A stretch of 64,000 bases of DNA from an uncultured Verrucomicrobiae bacterium (GTDB lineage: Bacteria; Verrucomicrobiota; Verrucomicrobiia; Chthoniobacterales; UBA10450), in assembly GCA_963815455.1 (NCBI GenBank), contig CAWFGO010000002.1, positions 192,001 to 256,000 on the forward strand. The letters run 5' to 3'. The notes beneath the pieces were generated by a model, which ran no database searches, was not told the origin of the DNA, and saw nothing but the letters and a program-made list of their open reading frames with translations. Position numbers and translations under genes: made by a program. Below, piece after piece: positions 20,138 to 30,080 of the stretch; the stretch's first letter is position 1; each line of letters opens with the position of its first letter.

Positions 20138-22314
20138 TTTGTCTCCTTCTGATCGAGGATGGCCGCGACCAAATTCGCCGGCACCGGTTCGAAATGTGAT
20201 GGCTCCATCGAGTAACTCGAACGGCCTTTGGAAAGCGACCGGATCGCCGTCGCGTAACCGAATAATTCGGCCAGCGGAACGTTGGCGTGGATAATCGTCA
20301 GGTTGCCGCGCGTCTCGATGCTGTTGATGCTGCCTCGGCGACGACTCAAGTCACCGCAAATGTCGCCCTGATAATCTTCCGGCGTGATGTTTTCCACCTT
20401 CATGATCGGCTCGAGCAGGATCGGTTTGCCTTGCTTGAAACCATCCTTCATCGCGAAAATTGCCGCGAGTTTGAACGCAAGTTCGTTGGAATCGACTTCG
20501 TGGAACGAGCCGTAAACAATATCGACTTCAACGTCGACAACGGGATAACCGCCGAGCACGCCGTTGAGCACTGCTTCGTCGATGCCCTTCTTCACCGCCG
20601 GGATGTATTCCCGCGGAATGACGCCGCCCACGATTTTGTTTTCGACAACCAGTCCGGTGCTGCGAGCGCCGGGACGCACATCCACTTCAACGTGGCCGTA
20701 CTGACCGCGACCACCGGATTGCTTGATCAATTTGCCGACTCCGTGCGCATTTGTCGTGATCGTTTCGCGATACGCGATCTGCGGTTTGCCCGCGTTGGCA
20801 TCGACCTTGAATTCCCGGAACATGCGGTCCCGAATGATTTCCAAGTGCAGTTCGCCCATTCCGGCGATGATCGTCTGGCCGGTGTCTTCATGTGTGAAAA
20901 CGCGGAAGGTCGGATCTTCTTCGGCCAGGCGCTGCAACGCGATCGCCATTTTTTCCTGGTCCAATTTTGTCTTTGGCTCAATGGCCATGGAAATGACGGG
21001 GTCAGGAAACGTCGGCGGCTCCAACAAAATCGGATGGTCTTCATCGCAAAGGGTATCGCCTGTCGTAATATTCTTGATCCCGACGATGGCGGCGATGTCG
21101 CCCGAGTAACAGGTATCGATGTCTTCCCGTTTGTCCGCCTGGATTTGGATCAAACGCGAGATGCGCTCGCGCTTGTTCGTCCGCGGATTGTAAACCGTGT
21201 CCCCTTTGCTCAGCGTTCCGGAGTAAACCCGGAAGAAAACGAGTTTCCCGACGAACGGGTCGCTCCAAAGTTTAAACGCGAGCGAGCAGAATTTTCCAGC
21301 GTCGTCCGTTGGCGCCTCCATTGGCTCGTGCGTGTCGGGCTCCATTCCCTTGGCCGGCGGGATGTCGAGCGGGCTCGGCAGGTAATCAACCACCGCATCG
21401 ACCAGGTATTGGACGCCGATGTTCTTGAGCGCGGAACCGCCAATTACCGGCACAAATTTGTTCGCGATCGTTTGGCGCCGAATTCCCGCCTTCAAAAGCT
21501 CCGGCGTAATCGGTTTTTCCTCGAGCACGGCTTCGGCAATTTCGTCATCGAGATTTGAAATCTGCTGGACCAGATCGGCGTAGGCCTTGTCAACAAGATC
21601 GACATGTTCCTTGGGAATTTCGGTCACCTCGTAGGTGGATCCAAGCTGATCGCTGTCGGAATAAATAATCGCCTTCTTATTAATGACGTCGAGCTGGCCC
21701 TTGAGCTGGTCTTCCTTGCCCAGCGGAAGCAAAACCGGCCACGCATTCGCGCCGAGTTTCTTATGAATGCTCTCGACCGACATTTTGAAATCGGCACCCA
21801 CGCGATCCATCTTGTTGATGAACGCCAGTCGCGGGACGTTGTACTTCGTCGCCTGCCGCCAGACTGTTTCCGATTGCGGCTGCACGCCGGCCACACCATC
21901 GAAAACGGCGATCGCACCGTCGAGCACCCGCAGCGAACGCTCCACCTCCGCCGTGAAATCAACGTGTCCCGGGGTATCGATAATGTTGATCCGCTGCTTG
22001 ATTCCCTCGAAAATCTTGTAAACGCCTTCTTCCTTTTTCTGCGACCAGCTGCACGTCGTCGCCGCGGACGTAATCGTGATCCCGCGCTCGCGCTCCTGCT
22101 CCATCCAGTCGGTCACCGTAGTGCCTTCGTGCACCTCGCCCATCTTATGGATCATGCCGGTGTAAAACAGAACGCGCTCGGTAATCGTGGTCTTGCCGGC
22201 GTCGATGTGCGCCGCGATCCCGATGTTGCGCGTTCGCTCCAGCGGAAACTTGCGATCCGGCGAATTCGGATTCTTCGCGCCAGCTGCTTTCTTTTCCATC
22301 GTCGCGGTCGCCAT
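20134..22314 (-). CDS. fusA: Elongation factor G
   Basis: [51 protein letters not shown]. Confidence 0.99.
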   Translation of the reverse strand: MATATMEKKAAGAKNPNSPDRKFPLERTRNIGIAAHIDAGKTTITERVLFYTGMIHKMGEVHEGTTVTDWMEQERERGITITSAATTCSWSQKKEEGVYKIFEGIKQRINIIDTPGHVDFTAEVERSLRVLDGAIAVFDGVAGVQPQSETVWRQATKYNVPRLAFINKMDRVGADFKMSVESIHKKLGANAWPVLLPLGKEDQLKGQLDVINKKAIIYSDSDQLGSTYEVTEIPKEHVDLVDKAYADLVQQISNLDDEIAEAVLEEKPITPELLKAGIRRQTIANKFVPVIGGSALKNIGVQYLVDAVVDYLPSPLDIPPAKGMEPDTHEPMEAPTDDAGKFCSLAFKLWSDPFVGKLVFFRVYSGTLSKGDTVYNPRTNKRERISRLIQIQADKREDIDTCYSGDIAAIVGIKNITTGDTLCDEDHPILLEPPTFPDPVISMAIEPKTKLDQEKMAIALQRLAEEDPTFRVFTHEDTGQTIIAGMGELHLEIIRDRMFREFKVDANAGKPQIAYRETITTNAHGVGKLIKQSGGRGQYGHVEVDVRPGARSTGLVVENKIVGGVIPREYIPAVKKGIDEAVLNGVLGGYPVVDVEVDIVYGSFHEVDSNELAFKLAAIFAMKDGFKQGKPILLEPIMKVENITPEDYQGDICGDLSRRRGSINSIETRGNLTIIHANVPLAELFGYATAIRSLSKGRSSYSMEPSHFEPVPANLVAAILDQKETK

Positions 22315-22319
22315 AATCG

Positions 22320-22352
22320 TTACCAGCGGAAATGGGCAAACGCCCGGTTGGC
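22320..22352 (-). repeat. Duplicate of the last 11 codons of rpsG (direct repeat of 22522-22554)
   Basis: GCCAACCGGGCGTTTGCCCATTTCCGCTGGTAA vs GCAAACCGCGCGTTTGCCCATTTCCGCTGGTAA; 31/33 identical. Confidence 0.9.
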
Positions 22353-22357
22353 CTCTC

Positions 22358-22484
22358 TGTCATTCTGAGCGGAGCGAAGCGGAGTCGAAGAATCCCGCGA
22401 TGGCACTGTCGGACCCACAACCGTCGTTCGCGTGTTCCAACACCAATTGCGGATCCTTCGCCGTCTGCGCGGCTCAGGATGACA
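22358..22484. repeat. GTCAT-terminated palindromic element, copy 4
   Basis: TGTCATTCTGAGCG..GAGTCGAAGAATCCC....GGATCCTTCG..GCTCAGGATGACA between rpsG and fusA. Confidence 0.85.
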
Positions 22485-22521
22485 CTGCTAAAAAATTGGA
22501 GAGCGCGCGGCGTGTTCATGA

Positions 22522-22995
22522 TTACCAGCGGAAATGGGCAAACGCGCGGTTTGCCTGCGCCATCTTGTGAGTGTCTTCGCGCTTCTTGATTGCGTTACCC
22601 TGCCCGGAAGCTGCGTCCTTGATCTCGTGGGCCAGCGCTTCCGCCATCGGCATTCCTTTGCGCTTGTCCGCGTATTGCACGATCCAGCGCATGGCCAGCG
22701 ACATCTGCCGCGCCGGCGCCACTTCCATCGGCACCTGATACGTCGCGCCGCCGACACGCCGGGACTTCACTTCGAGACGAGGCCGGACGTTCTCCAACGC
22801 CTTGTTTAAAACTTCGAGTGGATCGACCGAGTCCGAGCCTTCGCGCGATTTATCGATCGCGGTGTAAACGATCCGTTCGGCCAGCGATTTCTTGCCCCGA
22901 TTCATCACCGTGGAAATAAGACGGGCCACCGCCGGACTCCCGTAACGGGAATCGACGCGCTCCTCTTTTTTGTAAACTTTCCGCCGCCGTGACAT
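22522..22995 (-). CDS. rpsG: 30S ribosomal protein S7
   Basis: [33 protein letters not shown]. Confidence 0.98.
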   Translation of the reverse strand: MSRRRKVYKKEERVDSRYGSPAVARLISTVMNRGKKSLAERIVYTAIDKSREGSDSVDPLEVLNKALENVRPRLEVKSRRVGGATYQVPMEVAPARQMSLAMRWIVQYADKRKGMPMAEALAHEIKDAASGQGNAIKKREDTHKMAQANRAFAHFRW

Positions 22996-23016
22996 TGTCG
23001 ATCTTTCTATCCAAAA

Positions 23017-23451
23017 TTATTTTTTATCTTCCTTGGGCCCTGGCGCCGCTTTCGCCCCCGCCGCGCCGCCGCCTGCGCCGGCCTTTGGACGCTTGGCTCC
23101 GTACTTGGAGCGGCTGCGCCGGCGCCCATCCACGCCTAACGAGTCGAGCGTTCCGCGCACAATATGGTAGCGCACGCCCGGCAAATCTTTTACCCGTCCA
23201 CCGCGCACCAGCACGATCGAGTGTTCCTGCAAATTGTGCCCTTCGCCGGGAATGTAGGCAATCACTTCCTGGCCGTTCGTCAAGCGCACCTTGGCCACTT
23301 TACGCAGGGCAGAATTCGGCTTCTTCGGAGTGCGCGTCATCACCTGCACGCACACACCGCGCCGCTGCGGACAATTGGTCAGGGCCGGTGACTTCGATTT
23401 CACCGACACCTTCCGGCGTCCTTTCCGAATAAGCTGATTAATAGTAGGCAT
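23017..23451 (-). CDS. rpsL: 30S ribosomal protein S12
   Basis: [38 protein letters not shown]. Confidence 0.99.
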   Translation of the reverse strand: MPTINQLIRKGRRKVSVKSKSPALTNCPQRRGVCVQVMTRTPKKPNSALRKVAKVRLTNGQEVIAYIPGEGHNLQEHSIVLVRGGRVKDLPGVRYHIVRGTLDSLGVDGRRRSRSKYGAKRPKAGAGGGAAGAKAAPGPKEDKK

Positions 23452-23560
23452 TTTTCTCTAACAAAACCGCCACGCGAACGGGGCCATTCCGGGCGACAAA
23501 AAACCCGCACCGGCCGCGTATTAAACTATCACGCGCCTGATGCGGTGAGCGGCGAATATA
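23452..23560 (-). promoter_or_regulatory. Putative str-operon -10 element (TATATT) and structured 5' leader with hairpin plus U-tract
   Basis: Minus strand TATATT at 23560-23555; stem CCGCATC-AGGCGCGTG/TACGCGGCC-GGTGCGG (23545-23505) followed by T6 (23503-23498). Confidence 0.45.
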
Positions 23561-23897
23561 GAGGCAAATTTACCCGCCGCAAAGAGATTTTTTTGTAGCA
23601 CAGCCATCTTGTCCGCCACCGGACGGACTCGCCGTGGCGAGCCTGCCGAGTTCTCTAACCGCGCAAGTGCCCTATTTTTTTGCCCACGAAACACGCGAAT
23701 TTTCAAGACTGCATTGAACAGATTCACAGTGGCGGGAAGGTGCGCCATCCTGAAGCGAAGCCAAAACTTCTTAATTCCTCCTTCATCCCTCATCCTTTCC
23801 AGGCCTCGATCGGCACCGAGGTTCACTGAAGTCTCCGACCTCTCTGCTTGTCACTCGTCACTTGTCACAGGCCCCTTCTTCAATGTAAGGACGTTGC

Positions 23898-24604
23898 GTG
23901 CTTTACCCGATTCCAACGAGTGAAACCAGTATTCTGGGCACGTTTGCCGCCACCTTGTTCGCGCTGCTCAACCCGCTTGGAATGCTTCCCGTCTTCATTG
24001 GCTATACCGACCATAGAAGTGTCAGCGTCCAACGTTGGTTGGCCCTCTTCATCTCTATCACGGTGTTAGGATTGATGCTCCTGTTTCTATTTGCCGGCAC
24101 AGCATTGCTGAATTTCTTCGGTATCACGATCGACGCTTTCCGCGTCGCCGGCGGAATTCTTCTCTTGTTAATCGGCATCCGCACGGTCGCCAGCGATCCA
24201 CTACTAAGGCGAAGGACCTGATGATCGCATCGGAAGTCGGCGCTCTGTGCGAAGCCGAATCTGTTTACGGCCAGATCGTCGTTCCGTTTGCCATGCCGTT
24301 GCTGGTTGGACCGGGTGTCATCGCCAACTTGATTCTGTACTCCGGCGAAGCCTGGGAAAGAAAAAGCCCCAAACTGGCTTCGGGACTGGTGGCCGTGACC
24401 GTGGGCATTTCCTTACTGACCTTCGTCATTCTACTTTCGGGTGGATTCCTGAGAAAACTGCTGGGCGACGTTGGTCTTAGCATCGCCACCCGCATTCTCG
24501 GGTTGCTCGTCGCCTCGATCGGCGTCCAATTCGTGATCGCGGGCCTAACGAACGTGATCGTCAATTCCATCGTGCCCGCCATGTTTCCACAACTTCACGG
24601 ATAA
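23898..24604 (+). CDS. MarC family membrane protein (frameshifted near 24200)
   Basis: LLNPLGMLPVF, FGITIDAFRVAGGILL in one frame; VPFAMPLLVGPG, TRILGLLVASIGVQF in another. Confidence 0.85.
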
Positions 24605-24635
24605 TAGGGTCAGCGGAGTCGGCGATATTCGAAAC

Positions 24636-24770
24636 TCGTGCTCGTAACGATCTTGATTGAACTCAACGGCTCAACGCCTCAACCGCTCACCTGTCCGCCG
24701 TAGCTTCGGCGAAGGAGGAACATCTCAACTCCTTTTTCAGCTTTCAGCTTTTCAGAGTTTCAGCATTTTT
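24636..24770. repeat. Mosaic of short-period repeat remnants (CTCAACG x3, CCGCCGTAGCTTCGGCGAAGGAGG, TTTCAGC x4)
   Basis: Directly visible tandem motifs; the CCGTAGCT..GCGAAGG motif recurs at 49042-49063. Confidence 0.65.
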
Positions 24771-24842
24771 TAGAAGGCACATGGCCAATTATCGGGCGGC
24801 GCGGGCGCTTATGGGCAAGGGAAAGAAGGCGAAAATAAAGAA

Positions 24843-25388
24843 GTGAAAATCGCACCCAACCTTGCTTTCCACGAGGCGGGGCATCTTGTCGTCGGACTCA
24901 AGCTCGGGCTGAAGGAACAGGGAATCAGTCTTCATCCGTTGATGCCGGGGCACGCAGCATGCGCCGCGTACACTTTCCAAAGTCCACAAACATCGCTGGT
25001 ACGGTGTTTCGCGGGACTTCTTGCAGAACTACTTCTCCTACCAAAGTCGATAGAACCGCATCTCCGCCGCGCCTACAGTCATAGCGTCATATTTGATCGC
25101 GATCATCCGCACTTCAATGACCTTACGGATGAGGAGCGTGATTTTCTCAGCGGGTCTCGGGACGACCTAATTCTTGCGCGACGTTTCGCGATGCAATTGA
25201 GTGGTGACAATCCGGCAAAAGCCACCGGGCTAATGCATGAATCAGAAAGTCGTGCTCACAATATTATTTCGGAATTGAGAAAAGAAATTTCTCTAGTTGC
25301 AGAGGATATTATCGCATTTGCGCTACACCCTGAAGATCCGGACTCCATCTTTTATTCAGCGGAACGTGCAGAAAAGTTGCTTCAGTAA
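24843..25388 (+). CDS. Hypothetical HExxH zinc-metalloprotease-like protein (M41/M50-like)
   Basis: AFHEAGHLVV, FAGLLAE, GSRDDL motifs reminiscent of the FtsH-protease-like fold. Confidence 0.6.
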   Translation: MKIAPNLAFHEAGHLVVGLKLGLKEQGISLHPLMPGHAACAAYTFQSPQTSLVRCFAGLLAELLLLPKSIEPHLRRAYSHSVIFDRDHPHFNDLTDEERDFLSGSRDDLILARRFAMQLSGDNPAKATGLMHESESRAHNIISELRKEISLVAEDIIAFALHPEDPDSIFYSAERAEKLLQ

Positions 25389-25442
25389 GGCTGATATGTG
25401 AATCGGACCGCCGTGGCCACCGCGCGCAAGATCGACATCTGT

Positions 25443-28400
25443 CTAATTCCAGTTCGGATTATCTTTTATCGCGTCTAAATTTAGAAATTCCGAACGACCT
25501 GCTCGCAGCAGATTTTCCCGCGCGAACTTAGCAGCTTCCGCTGTTTTTTCGTCCTGACTCGCCAGTCCTGCTTTCAGAATCGGCTTAATGTGTTCTGGCC
25601 TAATATAGAAATGCGATTGAGTAAGCGCGCCCTCGATAAGTTTTGCGAAACACTCCACCACAAGGTCGAGATGATCGGGGATCAATTTACCTAAATTCTC
25701 GATCAACGTAGAAGGACTGCGAGTTTGCCCTTTAGTGACTTCTAATATGCGGGACAGAGCGTTCAAACGCCACTCAGCATCAAGACACTCAGCTTGCATC
25801 CAAAATGTAAACTCCTTCAATTCTTCGGTGTTTGCCGCGTCGCAGTCGAGATTCGAAGAAAGCTTTACATCTTTCAGTCAGTTCATCGACTCAGCTCCGC
25901 GGTATTCTTTAATAGACGACCCAAATGGTCAAAGAGCGTCGCCCATTGTTTCGCATCTGTTTTGTTATAGAACCGCTGCAGTAAACTATCTTGACCTTCC
26001 AATGGGAGTCGTCCCCAGAGGGTGTAATCAAGCAAGTGTTCTCCGAGGTGAGATACTGGATCCGACCGCCGGCTGCCCTCATGCTTCCATAGTCGAAGAT
26101 TTTCGAGCGCGAACTCAAATTGCGGCCGTAAGAGCTCGAATAGAACTGAATGCGCTCGGTTGAAATTCAGATAAGTGCCAAATGCAATCTGCCATGCTTC
26201 AGGATCAGCTTGGAAAAAGATATTGGAGACATTCTCTTTGGCCCAAGATGAACTAAGCCCGTAGATGCGGTTAAAGTTAGCCGCCTAACAAAGCTCGTTC
26301 TGCGATAGGCAAGTGGGGGCGAGCCTGAAAAGCGCTGTTCAAGTATTTCGAAAACCTCGGATACTTCGGCTTTCTCTCCCTCATTTCGCCTTACCCAATA
26401 ACCGTAATCCAGAAGAGCCTCAAGCGCGCGACCACGCGTAGTATTGATCGCATCAGTTAAATAATCACGTGGCGTGACGACCGCGCGATCTTTGTCCAAG
26501 AAGAAATCTTCCGCAACGCATGCAGCTTTCAAAAGTGCGATGATTCTGGCTCGCCACTCGCCTCCAATCCCCTTGTCCTTATCAACGCAAATTTCCAGAA
26601 GATCGACAACTTTCTTTCGAGCTGAATCCCAATTCGCGTTGTCTTTAGAAGTTTCCGAAGCCTTCTCTCCAGATACTGCCGGACTGTCTTTCTGAGCCAT
26701 AATCCAATCGGCGAGATCAAACCAATTCGACAGTTCGTTTTTGTGCTCGACGATTCGCTTCGCAGCCAAATTTAGCGACATACCGAAAATAAACCGGTCG
26801 CTTCAATTCATGCCACCGCTCTCCCCAATCCAGATACCGTTTTGGAGCTCGCAGCTATTAGCTGCTGCAACGCGATACCCAACGCCGTCGAAATCGACAT
26901 CAATCCACCATTGCTCTGGATCGCGATGAACGTCTTCCCAGTCGTTCAAGAACGAGATGAGTTCATCATCGCCCATGGCGGAAAGTTCGGCGACGGATTT
27001 CGCGCTTCGCGATCCGCCTGTCTTGCTTTCCCAGCCTTGGTAAGCGACAAAGTCGTCGTCGGTTAGTTTTTGGATTTTCCGCATAGAGGCTGTCCATAAA
27101 GTTCTTTGTATTTCCCGAACAGGATCGATGCAAACGGCGTAAAGTGGCGTAGTTGAAAATAGCTTTTCCGACCAACATATGCTTCCTCAGCTGAACTGTT
27201 CGCCCATGAATCGCTTGTATCCGTCTTTGTCCGGGCCAGTTGAAAATCGTTTCAAGAATTCGCTCCACGTCGGCTTTGCTAACGATGGACTCACCAAATG
27301 TTTCGGCGGCGATGCGAACCATTCGTTGAAATTCAAAGCCGTAACGTCCCTCCGAGTAGTCCGGATATTCGACGATTGCTTCGCTGATCCAATCTTTCGC
27401 CTGGGAAGGGAATTTCGCGTAAAGATGATATCGAATTCGGTCGAAAATCTGCCATTTGGCCGCACGAAGCGCGTTATCGAGTTCACGAATCTCCGTTTCG
27501 TTGTTCTGATCGTAAACTTTCTCACATGCCTGCGTTAATGCGGTGATCAAGTCGGATTGCGGACTTGAATAAGGACCTCTTCTTTGATCGACACGAGGCG
27601 CCCAAATCTCAGATGCATCGCGCCAATCAGTATTGTTAGCGCGTTTCCCTGTTTCCAACCGCACCATTTGCGCTACCGCTCGGATCAAGAGCTTTGCTGT
27701 TTCCAGTGGCGCGGCGGTGGCCAAGCGCTGCGACTCCGTTTTCTAAGATTTGCTGATACTCCCATTCCTGAAAGCGAGGAGCAGGGCTTAAGCTTGTCGT
27801 CCAATCGTCAGGATCCTTTTCTGCGCGGGCACTCTTCTCTTCCTCCAAGGGATCCGGATCGAACAAAATCAAACGTTCAGAAAGTCGCAGTGCCGCCGCA
27901 ACACCCTCAGGACCTGCTTCCGCCCATTTTGCAATCAAACTCGTGAGGTTGTCCTCGAATACCTGATAGGGTGAGCAAGATACTTCAAGATTATAGGTTC
28001 TAGCTTCAGCGAAGCCGGGTCGTTAGCGGTACTAAGTGCGATCTCGACAACGTCCTCTAAAACTCTCGGGTTATCTGTGTCGCCTATTCCTAGTAGAATC
28101 TCCACGACATCTTCTCTAGCGACTGGTGCAACACGTTTCAGAAATTGAGCGGGCCACCAAATCGGAAAACTCACGTAACCTTCGCCCGCAGGAATTGCAC
28201 TGGGAGGATTTTCGAAGTACCCCGCGACTTTGAGCGGCTCAATCCAAATCGGATCTGAAGCATTTTTGAAGAAAAACGCGAAGTTCGCGCCGCGTCGCCC
28301 AATTAGCTCTAACGCCTTTTGAATTTGCTCCTGAGTCGCTGTTGCACCTTCCGCGAGGATCTCCGAAAGCAGCGTCTGATCATCAGCAGATATCGGTGCG

Positions 28401-29012
28401 ATTAGATCGAAAACTAAATTTTCGACATTCCACGACACACTCGGTGAAATCATCTTCTTTTTTCTTTCCGCCGTGATGTGCGAATCCCTCGAGCTTGGTC
28501 CATAGCTCGACGTATCGCTGTTGTTTCTCCTGGCGTAGTGGTGCCGGGAGCGTTTGGAGCATTGGGTCCAGCCGTGTCAATCCTACAGAGACTTGCTCCC
28601 GTCGATCAGGACGATGGGAAAGATCGAAGTATTGCTCAATGCCGTGCAGAACATTTTCCAATTCGGGACTTATGACCTTGTCTTGCCACTTACCTTCAAT
28701 CTTCAATTTCTCCGCATCGAATGCTTTGCGTAGAGCTTCGCGTATATTCTTGAGTTGCCCTCCCGTTATCCCCGATTCCTCTATGCTGAGGGCTCTTGGA
28801 ATTCTTTGCAGAAGCTCTCGTAAGCTATGCGCGGCCTGCGCGATTCGATCTGGGTTGAATGTATTTCTAAATGCAGCGATCGCGCCAAGATACCAATCTG
28901 CCAGTGGGTATTTCTCTGAAGACCTCGCGCGAAGAGCCCGCCAAACCTCAAGTTGGCGCTGTTCTAGTTGTGGTGGGCGTGCGCTGGAATCGTTGTCGTT
29001 CTCGATTTCCAC
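25443..29012 (-). pseudogene. Large (~1150-1200 codon) hypothetical gene split into at least 7 fragments; N-terminus resembles predicted pPIWI-associated/HEPN-like nuclease domains
   Basis: Contiguous minus-strand ORF pieces 28383-29012, 27935-28453, 27636-27938, 26966-27724, 26803-27084, 26167-26781, 25443-25820; visibly AT-richer; motif YLGA..NPDRIAQAAHSLRELL. Confidence 0.55.
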
Positions 29013-29106
29013 CGCTCAATTTGTACTCTGTGATCCCGACGGCCACAACAAGCATCGAACTGCTACGGCCTTTGAGGATGCAGCGACGAGATCGAATATT
29101 GACGAA

Positions 29107-29919
29107 ATGATCATCCACCTCGTTGACGGCACTTACGAACTGTTCCGCCACTTCTACGGCTTGCGCCGGTTTACGAAAGGCAAGGACCGGCCGTACGGCG
29201 CGGTCGTCGGTGTGCTGCAGACCGTTCTCCAAATAATCGAGAACGAGAATGGTCCCACGTATATCGGCGTCGCCACCGACCACGTAATCGAGTCGTTTCG
29301 CAATCGGCTTTGGCCAAATTACAAGACGGGCGACGGCATCGAGCCCGCGCTGTTTTCTCAATTTCATCCGCTCGAGGAGGCGCTCGCGGCGATGGGCGTT
29401 GTCGTCTGGCCGATGATCGAGCTCGAAGCCGATGATGCGCTCGCTTCAGCCGCGCATCTCGCGTCGAAGGACAAGAAGGTGAAGAAAATCGCTATCTGGA
29501 CGCCCGATAAAGACCTGGCCCAATGCGTACGGGGGGGGCGGATCGTGCAGATCGATGGTCGGCGCAAAACGATTCGCGATGCGGCTGGGATACGCGAAAA
29601 GTTCGGGGTTAGCCCGCAGCTCATCCCGGATCTGCTCGCGCTGGTGGGCGATGCGGTCGACGGCTACCCCGGTATCGCTGGGATCGGACCGCGGACCGCC
29701 GCCACACTATTGAACCGCTACGGTCCGATCGAAAAGTTCCCGCGAAAAGTTCTCGGCGAACAGCGCAAGCTCGCGCTGGTCTTCAAGAAACTCGCGACTC
29801 TGCGCACGGATGCGCCGCTCTTTAAGAAAGTCGAGACGCTGCGCTGGCGCGGTCCGACCAAGGAGTTCGCCGCATGGGCTGATCGAGAGTCGCCAGCCAG
29901 GGTCAGTCCTCACTTTTGA
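29107..29919 (+). CDS. 5'-3' exonuclease / flap endonuclease (PolI N-terminal-like)
   Basis: HLVDGT, EADDALAS, TPDKDLAQ, ALVGDAVDGYPGIAGIGPRTA (H3TH); C-terminus ends inside a repeat. Confidence 0.9.
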   Translation: MIIHLVDGTYELFRHFYGLRRFTKGKDRPYGAVVGVLQTVLQIIENENGPTYIGVATDHVIESFRNRLWPNYKTGDGIEPALFSQFHPLEEALAAMGVVVWPMIELEADDALASAAHLASKDKKVKKIAIWTPDKDLAQCVRGGRIVQIDGRRKTIRDAAGIREKFGVSPQLIPDLLALVGDAVDGYPGIAGIGPRTAATLLNRYGPIEKFPRKVLGEQRKLALVFKKLATLRTDAPLFKKVETLRWRGPTKEFAAWADRESPARVSPHF

Positions 29920-30050
29920 CATTTTTGGAGTCGCCAGCCAGGGTCAGTCCTCACTTTTGACATTTTTGGGCAAGCCTCGTCGACATGCGCTGTGTCAATA
30001 GTGAGGACTGACCCCGCTCCGTCCCCCTGCGCTGTGTCAATAGTGAGGAC
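29888..30050. repeat. Palindromic repeat array, left part (GGGTCAGTCCTCACTTTTGACA x2, then inverted TGTCAATAGTGAGGACTGACCCC copies)
   Basis: Tandem GTCGCCAGCCAGGGTCAGTCCTCACTTTTGACATTTTTG units facing CGCTGTGTCAATAGTGAGGACTGACCCCGCTCCGTCCCC units. Confidence 0.85.
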
Positions 30051-30080
30051 TGGGATTGCCCTGATTGTACGGACAGTTGG

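Noticed and set aside
20287..22368. Long plus-strand ORFs (423 aa, 254 aa) opposite fusA, and similar ORFs opposite the secretin, rpsC/rplV and Hsp70
   Set aside because: Typical shadow ORFs of GC-rich coding sequence with no recognisable motifs.
22145..22519. 124-aa ORF starting right after rpsG
   Set aside because: It is read through a palindromic repeat and out of frame across the fusA start; no protein-like features.
28495..29106. N-terminal extension of the 474-aa exonuclease ORF
   Set aside because: Antisense to the large minus-strand gene; exonuclease motifs start at ATG 29107.
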